A DNA stretch of 64,000 nt, taken from contig MU008190.1 in assembly GCA_010909165.1 (NCBI GenBank), forward strand, positions 124,001-188,000. Direction: 5' to 3'. This DNA is from Anthoceros angustus. Taxonomy: Eukaryota; Plantae; Anthocerotophyta. Below are positions 48,524-59,954 of this stretch, in pieces. The stretch's first letter is position 1. The number at the start of each line of letters is the position of its first letter. The position numbers were made by a program, and so were the translations under genes. The notes below the pieces were generated by a model, which was not told the DNA's origin, did no database searches, and saw only the letters and a program-made list of their open reading frames with translations.

Positions 48524-49246
48524 ATGTCGTTTGTGCGATGCGGTTGGGTTGCATCCAGGATGGGGCGGTATCTATTGGATCCTGGGGGCGGGGCATCTGT
48601 GGCTGGCAGATTGCCGTGGTGGAAATCTGGGGCGATCAGGGGGTTTGCGAGCGAGTCTGAGACGGTCCCTGCAGCCGGGACAGTTGCACCAGGAGTTGCG
48701 CTTTTTCCTCCCAACAGATTGCGGTTCCACTATGAAAATGTGCTCAGGAACGACCTGCTGGCGAAATTCGACTACAACAACGTCATGGAGGTCCCTCGGG
48801 TGACGGCAGTGGTGGTGGTGCCAAGGGCTCCTCTGGATTCGGAGAAGGCCGCCCGAGTGGCTTTGGAAGTTGTGTGCGGCCAGAAGTTCCTGCCTATCAA
48901 GAGCAAGGATCCTGCATTGAAGGTTCGGCGGAGCAAGTATGAGCCGAAGAGGAATCTGAGGAAGGTTATCCCTGTGGCTCGCACCACCTTGCGGGGGGAT
49001 CTGATGTACAATTTTCTGGAGAAGCTTGTGTCGGTCACGTCCTTTCACGACTACTCTTCTAACATACAGAATCACTGTGTCCAGCTGAGGTTGGGGTCGC
49101 AATTGCTGCGCTTGTTTCCGGAGATCCTTAACCATATTGAGATGTTTGACCAGATTCGGGGTGTGAATGTGACTGTTGTCACTAGTGCTAGAACACGGGA
49201 GGAGGCTGCCAGTTTGTGGAGTGGCTTTCTGCACAGGGAGAAGTGA
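48524..49246 (+). CDS. rpl5: Nucleus-encoded mitochondrial-type ribosomal protein L5 (uL5m) with an N-terminal targeting extension; intronless
   Basis: LRFHYENVLRNDLLAKFDYNNVMEVP and IRGVNVTVVTSARTREEAASLWSGFL match land-plant mitochondrial Rpl5 ([24 protein letters not shown]...IRGFNVTIVTSA...LWSGFL). A ~65-aa extension contains IRGF-AS, an R-x-F cleavage-like motif. Confidence 0.92.
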   Translation: MSFVRCGWVASRMGRYLLDPGGGASVAGRLPWWKSGAIRGFASESETVPAAGTVAPGVALFPPNRLRFHYENVLRNDLLAKFDYNNVMEVPRVTAVVVVPRAPLDSEKAARVALEVVCGQKFLPIKSKDPALKVRRSKYEPKRNLRKVIPVARTTLRGDLMYNFLEKLVSVTSFHDYSSNIQNHCVQLRLGSQLLRLFPEILNHIEMFDQIRGVNVTVVTSARTREEAASLWSGFLHREK

Positions 49247-50571
49247 CCCGGAGCTCTGCTTCAGTTGGACTGGAGCAAGGGCTTTGTGGCTCCGCCATTT
49301 TGTCTCCTGCCTTGTTGCACTCCGAGAATGGGAGAGGCTGTTAGCAGTGTCAAGAGCATGCAATGCTGTCATTGCTGGGTCAAATGACTGTCTACAATTA
49401 CTTCATGCTTGCTCTCCTTCTCATGGAGCAATTTAGGTCGACGGGCTTTTCAGGAGGTAGGCTACCTAATTCGAGATGCAGGAGGATGGTGGGCCTATCG
49501 TTCTGCAGTTTCACATTCTTCGCACTGCCAGGGGCCATTGTGTCTGAGTGAGGGCTACGTCCTTTCCCTCGTAGGGCTCCGTGTAGGGCTCCGTAGGTCT
49601 TAATTTGGCAAGAACTTTCAAGTTCTCGACCTTGCACTGACTTGGGGCTCTGCAATTCGGACTGTTCACTCTCGGTTAAAGGCTTTTGAAGGTCTCCCAT
49701 TTCCAAAACTGTCTCACGGAACAGTCTTTTGTGCGTCCTTAAATACATCTACCGTCTTCCCTAAAAGAGAACTACATCTAGCGATTCACGGGCCCCAGGA
49801 CACGAGTTCGCGTGGTTCACGAAGGTAACAGCCCAGTTCACGGGTGGCAGCAGCACGCCGGTGCTGGCAGGAAAGTGTTATGAGCAGGACAGTTTCCAAA
49901 CAGGTGCCGTTGCAACTTTCTTCTGCATCAAAATTGTGACCACATACACATGTAGCCTGCTCGATCCGCTGTGAAAAGTTGGCAGGAGACAAGGGTTCCG
50001 TTCAGATACTGTTTAGTTCAGTCAGCTTGCTCTGTAACGGTTCACTGGACCTGACGCTGAACTCATATGGATGTAGTGCGAGCATGCATTATGCGCTGCG
50101 GTCGTCCGCATGTTACTGCAATGCAGCCGGTTCGGGAACTGACAGAGACTGTATGATCCTAGTCATACCGAGTCTGTCTCGGCAGTCTCTTCCACGGAGT
50201 GCACTGGAGATGTGCCTGGAAGAATCGTTCGTCACATCATATCATTCGCAAAAAATGCACATTAAGCTGCAAAGAGTTGGTACTTTAAAAACTCAACTGA
50301 GCTAACAGCAATTCCAAGTTGAGGTCCACCTGAGGGATTTTACACCAAAGCATGCAGCTAGGACGAGGACTGATTGAACCACATTAAGATCTGAGATTTG
50401 TAGCAAAACAGCAGGAAAATCAGGTTGCACTAGCTTAGGTGTTCGCTCGCAACATCATAGCTAGTACAACCTGAACAGCCTACCAGCTTCTACACATGAG
50501 AATAACAGAACAGGAAAGACACCACTGTCTACAAGCAGCCAGTGTCCAGGGCGAGAAATCCCCGAGCCCAT

Positions 50572-52137
50572 TTACCTACTGACTGGCAACTTCGCGTCCT
50601 TCCTGAGTGCGTTAGCTCTCACGAGACTGGCAATGGTGTTGAATGCCAACTTGATGTCATCGATGGGGTTCCCGGGCACGACGGTCTTGTACAGGTAGCT
50701 GTCGAAGGTCATCTTCTGCACATAGTCATCTGCACACATTTCGACAAAGGCCTCCCTAGCAGGGTTGGACCTGTAGAACACTTTCTGAAGAATATCCAGA
50801 ACCTTGTATGTTGGCCAGTAGGTCTTGTCCCACTTGTCAAGGTACACTCGGAGGTCGGCCTCGTTGATCAACCTCTGGCCATTTTCAGAGCCTTGCGCTA
50901 TGGCCTCGGCACACATGCGGCCAGACTTGGCAGCAAAGTAGATGCCCTCACCAGAGCACTTGGTCACATAGCCAGCAGCATCTCCAATGAGAGCGACACG
51001 CCCCTTCACACGGCGTGGCCTAGGGTGCTCGGGAATAGGATGTGCCTCCACTCGGATGATCTTACCCCCGGCGATCTTGTCCTTCGCCCTGTTACGCGTG
51101 GCCGTCTGGTACTTCTTGATGGCAGGCTTGTTGATGACAGTCCCAGTGCCAACAGCAACGTGGTCACACTTCGGAAACACCCAGCCGTAGAAGTCCGGTG
51201 ACACATCGTCGCCCACATACATCTCAGCCAGGTTCTCGTAGTACTCCATCTTATCAGCAGGAATCTTAATCCTCTCCTGAAAGGCAATGGCGTAGTCATA
51301 CTCACCGGCATCGATTTCCTTGGCCACACGACTGTTCGCACCATCAGCCCCGATGACAGCGTCCACCTCCAGGATGCAAGGCTCCCCCTGCTTTCCAGCT
51401 ACTCCATCATACTTGGAGTAATGCAGCCGGTAAGGGCTGATGTCATCCTTCGGCACCTCCATACTCAGGAACAAGCCGTTGATCACATTAGCACCGTACT
51501 TGGCCGCCCGGTCTCTGAGATAGGAGTCCAGCACCTCTCGCCTCACCATGCCGATGTATTCGTTCTCGTTTAAAGTCCTTCCGACATCCACCGCCACATT
51601 CGAAGGCGAGATCATCTTCATCTTGGTCACCTTGCGGTCGATGATTTCCGGCGGCAGGTCGAATTCTGCCACCATGCACAGCGGAATGGCACCTCCACAG
51701 GGCTTGGCATTGTCCAACTTCCGCTCGATAAGGAATGTCTCAATGCCGTTCTTGGCCAGCGTTTCAGCCGCGCAGCCCCCGCCCGGCCCGCCTCCGATCA
51801 CAGCCACGCGCAGCTTCCTCCCATCCAGCTTCTTGCTATTCCTCCCAGCGTACACGGTGAATGTTGTCATCACCCGATCCCCCTCCACGGCCGCACTCCG
51901 CCTCTGCAGACTCTCCACACTCCCGAACACTGAGGCTGCGACGGAGCCAGCGCGGAGGCCATCGAAGCTCCTCAACCTCTGCTTGGAGGAACCGGCATTG
52001 GCCAACTTCCCTGCTTGCGCATGCAGCAGCCCCGGCGCAGCCAGGCACACCTCGCCTCCAGACTTGACACTCCTGGAGGACTCCAATCCCGCAGAGAGCG
52101 CCGTCCCAAGGGAACGCAGAGGAAGGACGGCGGCCAT
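50572..52137 (-). CDS. CHLP: Geranylgeranyl diphosphate reductase, chloroplastic; intronless, 521 aa
   Basis: LRVAVIGGGPGGGCAAETLA FAD site; KPCGGAIPLCM; GEYDYAIAFQER; FYGWVFPKCDHVAVGTG; GDAAGYVTKCSGEGIYFAAKSG; N-terminal transit peptide. Confidence 0.98.
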   Translation of the reverse strand: MAAVLPLRSLGTALSAGLESSRSVKSGGEVCLAAPGLLHAQAGKLANAGSSKQRLRSFDGLRAGSVAASVFGSVESLQRRSAAVEGDRVMTTFTVYAGRNSKKLDGRKLRVAVIGGGPGGGCAAETLAKNGIETFLIERKLDNAKPCGGAIPLCMVAEFDLPPEIIDRKVTKMKMISPSNVAVDVGRTLNENEYIGMVRREVLDSYLRDRAAKYGANVINGLFLSMEVPKDDISPYRLHYSKYDGVAGKQGEPCILEVDAVIGADGANSRVAKEIDAGEYDYAIAFQERIKIPADKMEYYENLAEMYVGDDVSPDFYGWVFPKCDHVAVGTGTVINKPAIKKYQTATRNRAKDKIAGGKIIRVEAHPIPEHPRPRRVKGRVALIGDAAGYVTKCSGEGIYFAAKSGRMCAEAIAQGSENGQRLINEADLRVYLDKWDKTYWPTYKVLDILQKVFYRSNPAREAFVEMCADDYVQKMTFDSYLYKTVVPGNPIDDIKLAFNTIASLVRANALRKDAKLPVSR

Positions 52138-52284
52138 GGCTGCGATCGGAGAGATTCAGCCCGGACGAGGCTCAGGACTGACCCGGAACTGCTGCGAGCG
52201 ACGGGAAATACAGGGACGGTAGGCGAGTGGTACGTAAAGGGTGGAGGGGTTTAGAGGTTTAGAGGAGACGCTATCCGATCGATC

Positions 52285-52292
52285 CCACGTGG
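52285..52292. promoter_or_regulatory. G-box CCACGTGG about 150 bp upstream of the CHLP ATG
   Basis: Exact palindrome upstream of a photosynthesis gene; G-boxes are established bZIP/PIF light-response elements. Confidence 0.55.
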
Positions 52293-52399
52293 CGCCCCCC
52301 GATTGATGCTTCTGGGATATTGCGGCCAAATTCACCCTAGATATTTCGGTTTGAGATCTGCGATAGCAGCATTTGAGAACCACCTTTGTTACAGATGAT

Positions 52400-52526
52400 A
52401 TTTTGGTTCGCTATCCAATATTCGGGGGTCGAGAGCACCACTGAAGAACCACACCATTGTCGACATTTTGGTTCGCTGATGTCATATTCGGGCTCGAGAG
52501 CACCACTCAAGAACAACCCCATTGTC
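52400..52526. repeat. Two ~65-bp tandem units upstream of CHLP
   Basis: attttggttcgct...tattcggg..cgagagcaccact.aagaac...cattgtc at 52400 and 52465. Confidence 0.85.
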
Positions 52527-52878
52527 CATATCAGTGCTTATTTCAAATTCGGGGTAACCTATAGCTGGAGACTTTATTAGATTTGAAGGTGAAAGGAATG
52601 AAGAATCACGGAGAGTTTGTGAGAGACTGTACCTGAATTTTGTGCCGGATACATTCCCTCCTATCTTGGAAGGTAACAGTTGAAAGGCAGCAGATTGGGG
52701 CTGGGAAAACCCATCTACCCCAAGAGAAGGGGGAACAAGCCTTAGGAGGGCACCAAACCATGGGGGACTAACCTCCATAGTTGCCAATCTTGTAACTGTC
52801 TATTGTGCCAAGGATATCAAAATCGGGGATGCAAAAGGGCCTACCCACCACCGGTCAAGAAGAAGCTTCCCTCCTTGG

Positions 52879-52943
52879 CCAACTTCCGCTCGATAAGGAA
52901 TGTCTCAATGCCGTTCTTGGCCAGCGTTTCAGCCGCGCAGCCC
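52879..52943 (-). other. Exact 65-bp copy of CHLP coding sequence 51714-51778
   Basis: ccaacttccgctcgataaggaatgtctcaatgccgttcttggccagcgtttcagccgcgcagccc occurs at both positions. Confidence 0.97.
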
Positions 52944-53470
52944 AATGCCTGCTGCAGAGCGATGGACACCCGTTGCCTGTAAAAAGCCACGATACATGAA
53001 AGAGGGAGGCCAACCCCATTCCTGCGGCTGTGGTACTCCATGGCACAGGTCTTAAGGAACCTAGAAAAGGCCTTGCCCATGGCCCCATGGGTCTGGATGG
53101 CGAGGGGGACGAAGGCGTGCCCCTGCTGCATAGGAGAGTACTTACGAACCTTCGCCGTGGCACATCCCTCCTCCGCCCGCCCCGGAAGGTTAAGGATCAC
53201 ATGCTCCCTAAAGGAATCCCGAGTAGGGTCGGTGACAACCACATCTGCAACCAAAACCTGCCCCTCCCCACCTCTCGCCCTCTTTCTCCCCAGGCCAAAA
53301 AAAGGTCCGCTCGAAGGGAAACTCCGTTAGGCAGAGTGTAAGGGCGCTCCATGTAAGGAAAGAAGCTTCCCTCCTTGGCCAACGAAAACATGACATCGCG
53401 AATAGCATCATGTGTAGCAATATGTTGCCCGTTCGCAGGAAGGCGAGCAAGGTGGGTCGTTAAAGTCAAC
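52944..53470 (-). mobile_element. 3' fragment of an RLE-type (CRE-like) non-LTR retrotransposon: restriction-like endonuclease, copy 1
   Basis: HIATHDAIRDVM...LRADL...VADVVVTDP...AKVRKY...FVPLAIQTHGAMG...FYRQRVSIALQ, the recalled H-D/RxD/D/KxxKY/P..ExxG/QRxSIALQ RLE pattern. Confidence 0.8.
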
Positions 53471-53859
53471 AAATTGATATAGTGAAGCTGAGATTGGAGT
53501 ATATATATGGCTACGTGTTTAGCTAGTGAGTGCTTTTTTGGTCATTTTCATAGCATGGCATAATAGCATCGTGGCAATTTCTTATTATATAGTTACACAG
53601 ATTATAGTTACTAAATCGCATGTTAGAATCTTGACGGGTTCGCAAACCCTGATTTCTGCTGGCTCTAAGCAAGCTGCTCAACGTGCTTGTGGGACGACCA
53701 CACCAAGGGTGTGCGAATGTTTTGAATCATGAGCCGGAGCAAGGCTGAACGTGGCTTGAGGCGAAGTGTGAAGATGGCGGCATGCGGGAAGGAAAATTGG
53801 CATTTAGGGCTGGAAACGACTATTGTTGAAGTCCCACCTTGCAGCGCCGTCCACAGGAG

Positions 53860-54710
53860 AGAACTCCTAGCCTGCAGGGCAATGGACACGCGTTGCCTGA
53901 AAAAAGCCATCACACAAGAAAAGGGGAGACCAACCGCATTCCTGCGGCTGTGGTAGGCTTTAGCACAGGCCTTGACCTGGAGAAATCCTTGCCCATGGCC
54001 CCGTGAGTCTCGATGGCAAGGGGGATGAAGGCGTGGCCCTTCTTACATGGGCGAGTACTTGTGAACCTTTGTTATCGCGCATTTCTCCGCCACCCAACCT
54101 GGAGGGTTGATGATGACGTGCTTGCAGACGGTGTCCCGGGCAAGGTCTGTTACGACCACATTCTGGCGAAACCTGGTCCCCCTTGGCCACCAGGAGAGGC
54201 GAGGGGCTACGGCGGTCTAGCGGGCGAGGCCAAAGGTTAGACCAAACCCAGGCGGAACCTCGCCAGCGATGAAAAAGAAATTGAGACTCGAACTACCTTG
54301 ATGCAAGGTCGCGCTAGAAGCCATGAACCTGCTCCCTTCTCCGAGCAAGAGCGGAGACGAAATCAAGCTGGTCAAGGAATGGAGGAATCAGGCGAGCCGG
54401 TTGCGTGCGTCTGCTTCTCATGGAGGGAGGCCAAAAGCCTTGACCCGTCCATGAGCGAGAACAAATGCGGCATGACCGCCTTAGCTCAGAGGATAGGACA
54501 CCCCTAGCCAATCGTAAGGACAAGCATGCAAGAGGAAGGCGCCCTCCTCCACGCCCGAGACGACGAAGGCCTTCAAGATGCGGTAATCCCTAGGGGATTA
54601 GGAAATGAGAGGCCTGGATTCGGGTTGAGAGGACCAAGCTCAAGCGCCGCGCCAGATGCGTTGCGGCGCACTCCAAGGGGGATGTCGCACGAGGTAAGCA
54701 ATTGCATTCA
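53860..54710 (-). mobile_element. Second, more decayed CRE-like fragment (RLE C-terminus plus upstream region)
   Basis: FFRQRVSIALQ at ~53880-53915; 53880-54070 aligns with 52950-53150. Confidence 0.65.
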
Positions 54711-55039
54711 TGTGAGCACTTCCTCGACAGAAAACCAAGCAAAATATGCAAATATAGGTACAAACCAATTTGTAACACTAGGATCCACTTAGCTATTGCT
54801 AACCATGTTTAATTAACACTAATCAATGCTTAAGCAACATAACCATTTCATGTTAATTAATACTAATTACTCACTTAATGATAAGTAATTAGATTAATTA
54901 ATGCTAGATATAAATGAATTTAACGGAAATCAACAGCACTATCCCTTTTTGGAATAGATGCCAATATAGCAATTGGCACACAGCCGTTGAAAAATTACCA
55001 ATTTAGTAGTTGCCAACATGACGCCTGGTAAAAACCTAC

Positions 55040-55700
55040 CAAATTTGTAGTTTCTCATGGGGTGTAAATGAGCGAGACCTAAATCGAAACCGCTGCTCCG
55101 GATTATGAACTTCGAAATCTTGTTATTCATTCTTCTTGCATGTAACTTTTCATAATCCTATGATCTACGGTTGTTAAGGTTTGTTCAATCAAAATTGATG
55201 TTCTCCTTTATAGAGGGATGGGTATATGCATAAATATTCCGGCGTGTGTTAATGAATTCCTTCTCTATACTTGTTCCCTTCAGGTTTTCCTAGAGGGCAC
55301 GCAAATTACCCAAAGGGCGACACCTAAACCGAAATAGTTCCTCTGCGCCATGAACTTCAAAATCTCATATTCTTGCAAATATCTTTAAATAATCCTCTGA
55401 TCTACGGTTGTTAAGGTTTGTTCAATGAAGATTGATGTTCTCCTTTATAGAGGGATGGGTGTATGCATGTGTATTCCGGCGCGTGTTAACGAATTCATTC
55501 TCTTTACTTGTTCCCTACAGGTTTCCCTAGAGGGCACGTAAATTACCCAAAGGGCGACACCTAAGCCGAAATAGTTCCCCCGGACTATGAATTTGAAAAT
55601 CTCGTTATCCATGCTCCTTGCGAATATCTTTTAATAATCGTGTGATCTACGGTTGTTAAGGTTTGTTCAATGAAGATTGATGTTCCCCTTTATATAAGGA
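55040..55700. repeat. AT-rich tandem array of ~240-bp units (about 3 copies)
   Basis: tgatctacggttgttaaggtttgttcaat at 55161, 55398 and 55643 (periods 237 and 245 bp). Confidence 0.92.
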
Positions 55701-56138
55701 TGTATATTACGCTATAATTTAGCCTACAGTAAACCGCAAACCAAATTACATGAACCATTGCACAGACACAATCTAACGTGGTTCACAGTTTGCATACGTG
55801 GCAAGTGTAATTTAGTTGAAGAACAAGCGATGACTTGAATTGAACGAAATTTCATTCCCTGACAACCTGAATTGAAATAAAACGAGGATATTTAACTAGA
55901 AGTTAAATCAAGGTCAACTTACCTAAGCTTGAAAGGTCTTTCCTATCACTGCGGTAACCTTTTTGCGTTAGAGTTCACCGTCACTATGCTAACCCTTTCG
56001 CATCGGAGCTCACCTCTCAATGGCACGACGCACTAGAACCAGTGTTACTGAGTGGACACACAAGGAATTGTTTGACATATTGTTGGTCGACATGAAGAAG
56101 TCGGTTTTCCATGTTGCACGCTAAACTACAGCCCAACC

Positions 56139-56230
56139 GAACATAAACCACCAGTCCAATGATGTTCCTGAACATAAACCACCATTCCCATGATGTTCCC
56201 GAACATAGACCCCCAATCCAATGTCATTTC
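56139..56230. repeat. Three 31-bp units, the first two closed by GAACAT/ATGTTC inverted ends
   Basis: gaacat at 56139, 56170 and 56201; atgttc at 56162 and 56193. Confidence 0.8.
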
Positions 56231-56272
56231 TAGTTGCTTCTTGTTCATGACTAATACGTTTCACAAGGAAAT

Positions 56273-56415
56273 GCAAGCTACGATTGTTGTTCTAGTAGGT
56301 CAGAGTAATAAGTTTTACATGATTGTTGTTTTAGTGGGCTATGAGTGATACATTTTACTAGGAGATGCAAGCTACGATTATTGTTCTAGTAGATGAGTAA
56401 TAAGTTTTGCATAGG
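56273..56415. repeat. Direct repeat, period 94 bp
   Basis: gcaagctacgatt.ttgttctagtag...gagtaataagtttt.cat at 56273 and 56367. Confidence 0.75.
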
Positions 56416-56962
56416 GAAGCTGATCCATTGCTGTTTAGTGGGCTGGGTGGTAAATTTTACAAGATAATATTGAACATTATCAGACAATACTATAATATAG
56501 CTGCTTTTAGGCCCTAACACAATGTTGAACAAGTTTAAACAAATTTATGGACGTCCACCATTGTTATGTAAAATGGATTATCTTCATTCTTCCCTTTCTT
56601 TATATTTCTATTACATTTCTCTAATCTTTATAAATACAGCATGATTGCACAAAAATTGAAGTCTACGAAGATCTTAATTCCCAAGGTAACAACTCAATAT
56701 TTCAGATCCTCACTTTTGCAGTACCTATTACATTTGAATGTACTGAGGCATGCAAAATAAAGACCTGTCGTGAGCAAGGGTCGCTATGACGAAGACCTAC
56801 CAAGGCCAAAGCTCGAGCCAAGAACAGGAGGTATCAGCAGGGGAGGCAGGAACTAAGAAAAGGGTGTGCTACTCGTAAGCCGGTGCGAGACTTCACGACA
56901 TCATAGACCATTTGCTAGTTCTCCTCTCTTACGCAGAGGCCACATAATGTACATCAGCTGCG

Positions 56963-59954
56963 CTACAGTTTCCTTGTAGGAATTAGCTTGGCAGCGGAAC
57001 CGGACATCCCACCCCTCGGTGGCACTGGTGGAGTTAGTGAAGGCCTAGCTGAATGAACAGCGTCGCTGGGCCTCACCTCACCGTTGGGGACCCGGGATGA
57101 CCCAAACTGAAATTCAGCAAACCGTATTCGGTCTGCGTACACTTGCGTACGGGCTCTTTCAACCTCAGTGCGCTCTTTTTCCAGTAAGAGTTCCAGCTCG
57201 TCGAAATGTTCTAACTTCGCCTGAATTTTCTTCAGCTGCAGCATGCAAAGATCTGTTCAATACCACAACAACTCCTCCTGTACAAGCATCAAATGGGAAA
57301 CACCACAATGGTATAGGAATTTGGACCTGAGTGTCAATCAGGTCTGATATAGTCGATTCCATCTCTCTTTCTTCTTGATCTGCCAGCAGTCGTGCATTCG
57401 CAGCAGCTCCTGCAAGAGCAGTTGTGATGCCAACTCGATATGATACAGCTGAAAGTGACTTGCTATGGAGGCCGGGATTTTCTGTGACGTCTTGGCCGTC
57501 TACTGATGGTTTGTCGCCATGTTGACCTGCAAAGCAATCCCTCTTCGATGTTTAATTTAAGCACAGAATTCTGCAGCTGCAACTCCTTCAAAGAAATGCA
57601 CAGGAATCATGTTCTGACATCTACTATGGGTATACAGACACTTGTCACTCAGTAGTCCCATGTCCCTGGTTTCTAATCCGGAAGAAGACATTAAGGCAGA
57701 ATTTATCACCTTGAGTTGCCAAATCCTCCTTCCGTCTGGAATCCAAATCTCCTACTTCCTTGGAACTGCAAGAATACCGGCAGTTCCCCATCAGATGTGA
57801 CTGAGCCCTGCTACGTGACCACACTTGTCAAACCATGGCACATGATGCGAACCATAGCCCATACCTGTTCCCATTTGCTTGGCCTGAGAGGGCATCAGAT
57901 GAATGAGATGCTAGCAAAGGAAATGGCATCATTCCAGCCTCCTCTTCCGTGATAGCTGCAACTGCTGCCTGAGCTGCAGCTGCACCTACGCGCGGTCCCA
58001 CCATTGAACATAAGAAAGCTACCTAGCAAAAACACAGCCCATCAAGTCCATTAGATCATCCTGCAAACAGAGAATCACACTTGGATGACGAATTTTGAGC
58101 AGGCAGCTACATTTCTCACCTGTGCAATGAGGGGATTACTGGCATCTAGAAGCGGATGGACAAGATCTTCTGATGGATCTGCTTTTGGTTGAGAGGACAT
58201 ATTATCACTGGGAATTAGGTCATCTTGGAAGGGTGCTTTCCCGTCACTTGATTTCACAGATTTCTGTTCTCTTGACTTTGCGTTTGATGCTGGACTTGTA
58301 GCCTTCACAAGGTTATCGGTTTTGACTTGCAAGGCATCCCCAAACGTGTCAAAATCACCCAGAAGACGATCGCCAAAGGGCAGCCGGATAAAATGTGACA
58401 CACAGTCTGCTTTGGTCTTGGTACCAACATAATCACTAACCCGGTTCCAATTATCACCATGGCGCATAACACCCTCCAGGAGGAGAAGTGTCTCTTGCTG
58501 AGTCCACTCTTCCTTGGCCAGCCCTCCATCTGCGTCAGCTGTTATCTGTGTGAAGTCCTTGGCTGACATGCTAGCACCAAATTTTTCTGCTTTAAAGCAG
58601 CTTGGGCACATAACAAAGCCGGTCTGCACCCACGCAACCTCTAGTAAGAGACCAGCCTCAGACCAAACAATAACAATGCCGGTAGGGCAAACGAAATCTA
58701 GTGTGCAGGCAGCCAGATTTGAAACCCGCACAGCCTGACGAGAGAGAACCAACCACCAACATAGTGCAGAGTGACTTCGAGAAGCTTAAGCTACCTGCCC
58801 CTGCCGTTGGTACCGGTCCTTGGAGCAGTCGACTTTGCAGAAGGTACAGAAGTACTTTGGAGGTGCTCTGTCGGCTCCTGCAGAACCAAGAATGTCCTTG
58901 TGTGAGGCTAAGCTCGGGTACGAGTGACTCCCAGAACCCATCCCAGCATCACCAGGATGCAGCCCCTGCGCTCGAACGTCTGGCTGCACAATTCTCATAC
59001 TAGCTGGACCAGGTTCCACGACAATGGGGACAGCTGGTGGTTTTCTGGAGTCAGCGGAAACCTGGTTATTGATCAGCCCCCAGTGCTCCAGAAAGTCAAA
59101 AACCTTCTGCAGCGTATTCACATCGCCAATCAGCATCCTCCTCACTTCCGTGAAGGTGAGCCTTCTCTGGGTGTTCTCCCTGTACTTGTTGATGATAAAG
59201 TCCCTGTACTCCTTGTATATCTTAGGAGTCCTGGACGCCGACTTGCCATCAAAGAAAATACTCAGCGCTCTCCGCTCCAGGTTATGAATCTTGTTCCAAG
59301 AAAACCAAGCTGCACAAAAAACGCACCGCAATATCAGCCCCCACCCCCTGCTCCAAACCAAGCCACAAATTGCACCAAAAAGGAGACACGAAAGCCACCT
59401 GCATAGCTAGGGATGCGGTACATCTCCCGGTTCAGCGGCTCCGCCTGCGGGGCAGCAGCCTTGGGCGGGGGCACCACGGCAGGAGTGGCCGCCGGCGGTG
59501 GCTCCACGGGCTCATGGGGCGCTTGGCCGGGAGGGGCCGGGGCCGGGGTCCTGGCCGGCGAGATGTCCATGGGAGCTGGCCCGGAATGCGGCACTGCCTT
59601 CCCCGCGTCCGGCGAGGGCGCAACCTTAGCAGGCTCCGCCGGGGGGGGCATAGCGTGCTGCACGTCCTTGCCTCTGTTGCTGGCCTCGCCTTCCAGCACG
59701 GGGGCGGCGTCCGCATTGCCGTTAGCATCGTCGCGGCGCGGCGAGGAGAGGCGCCTCCTCTTGTTGTCGCCCTCGGGCGTCCTCTCCTTCACGGCCGCTG
59801 CAGGCTCCGTGTTGGCCATGTCGTGATCAATTCCTGTTCCTGCTCCTGCAGCTGCAGCGGAGGAGTGGACGGCCTCCTCCACCTGCTCATCCTCCACCCT
59901 GTCTGGCTTCGATATGGCGAACGCATCTCCTTTCCTGGTCAGCCGAATTTTCAT
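56963..59954 (-). CDS. SWI3: SWI/SNF complex subunit SWI3 (SWI3A/B type: SWIRM, SANT, SWIRM-associated coiled coil), multi-exon; 5' end uncertain
   Basis: YRIPSYA|AWFSWNKIHNLER...RTPKIYKEYRDFIINKYRE...DVNTLQKVFDFLEHWGLIN; SANT WTQQETLLLLEGVMRHGDNWNRVSDYVGTKTKADCVSHFIRLP; C-terminal QLKKIQAKLEHFDELE. Confidence 0.95.

Noticed and set aside
49249-49280. Resemblance to miR319/159 arms
   Set aside because: No fold-back partner and too many mismatches.
50542-52222. Plus-strand ORFs of 219 aa and 224 aa
   Set aside because: Antisense shadows of CHLP.
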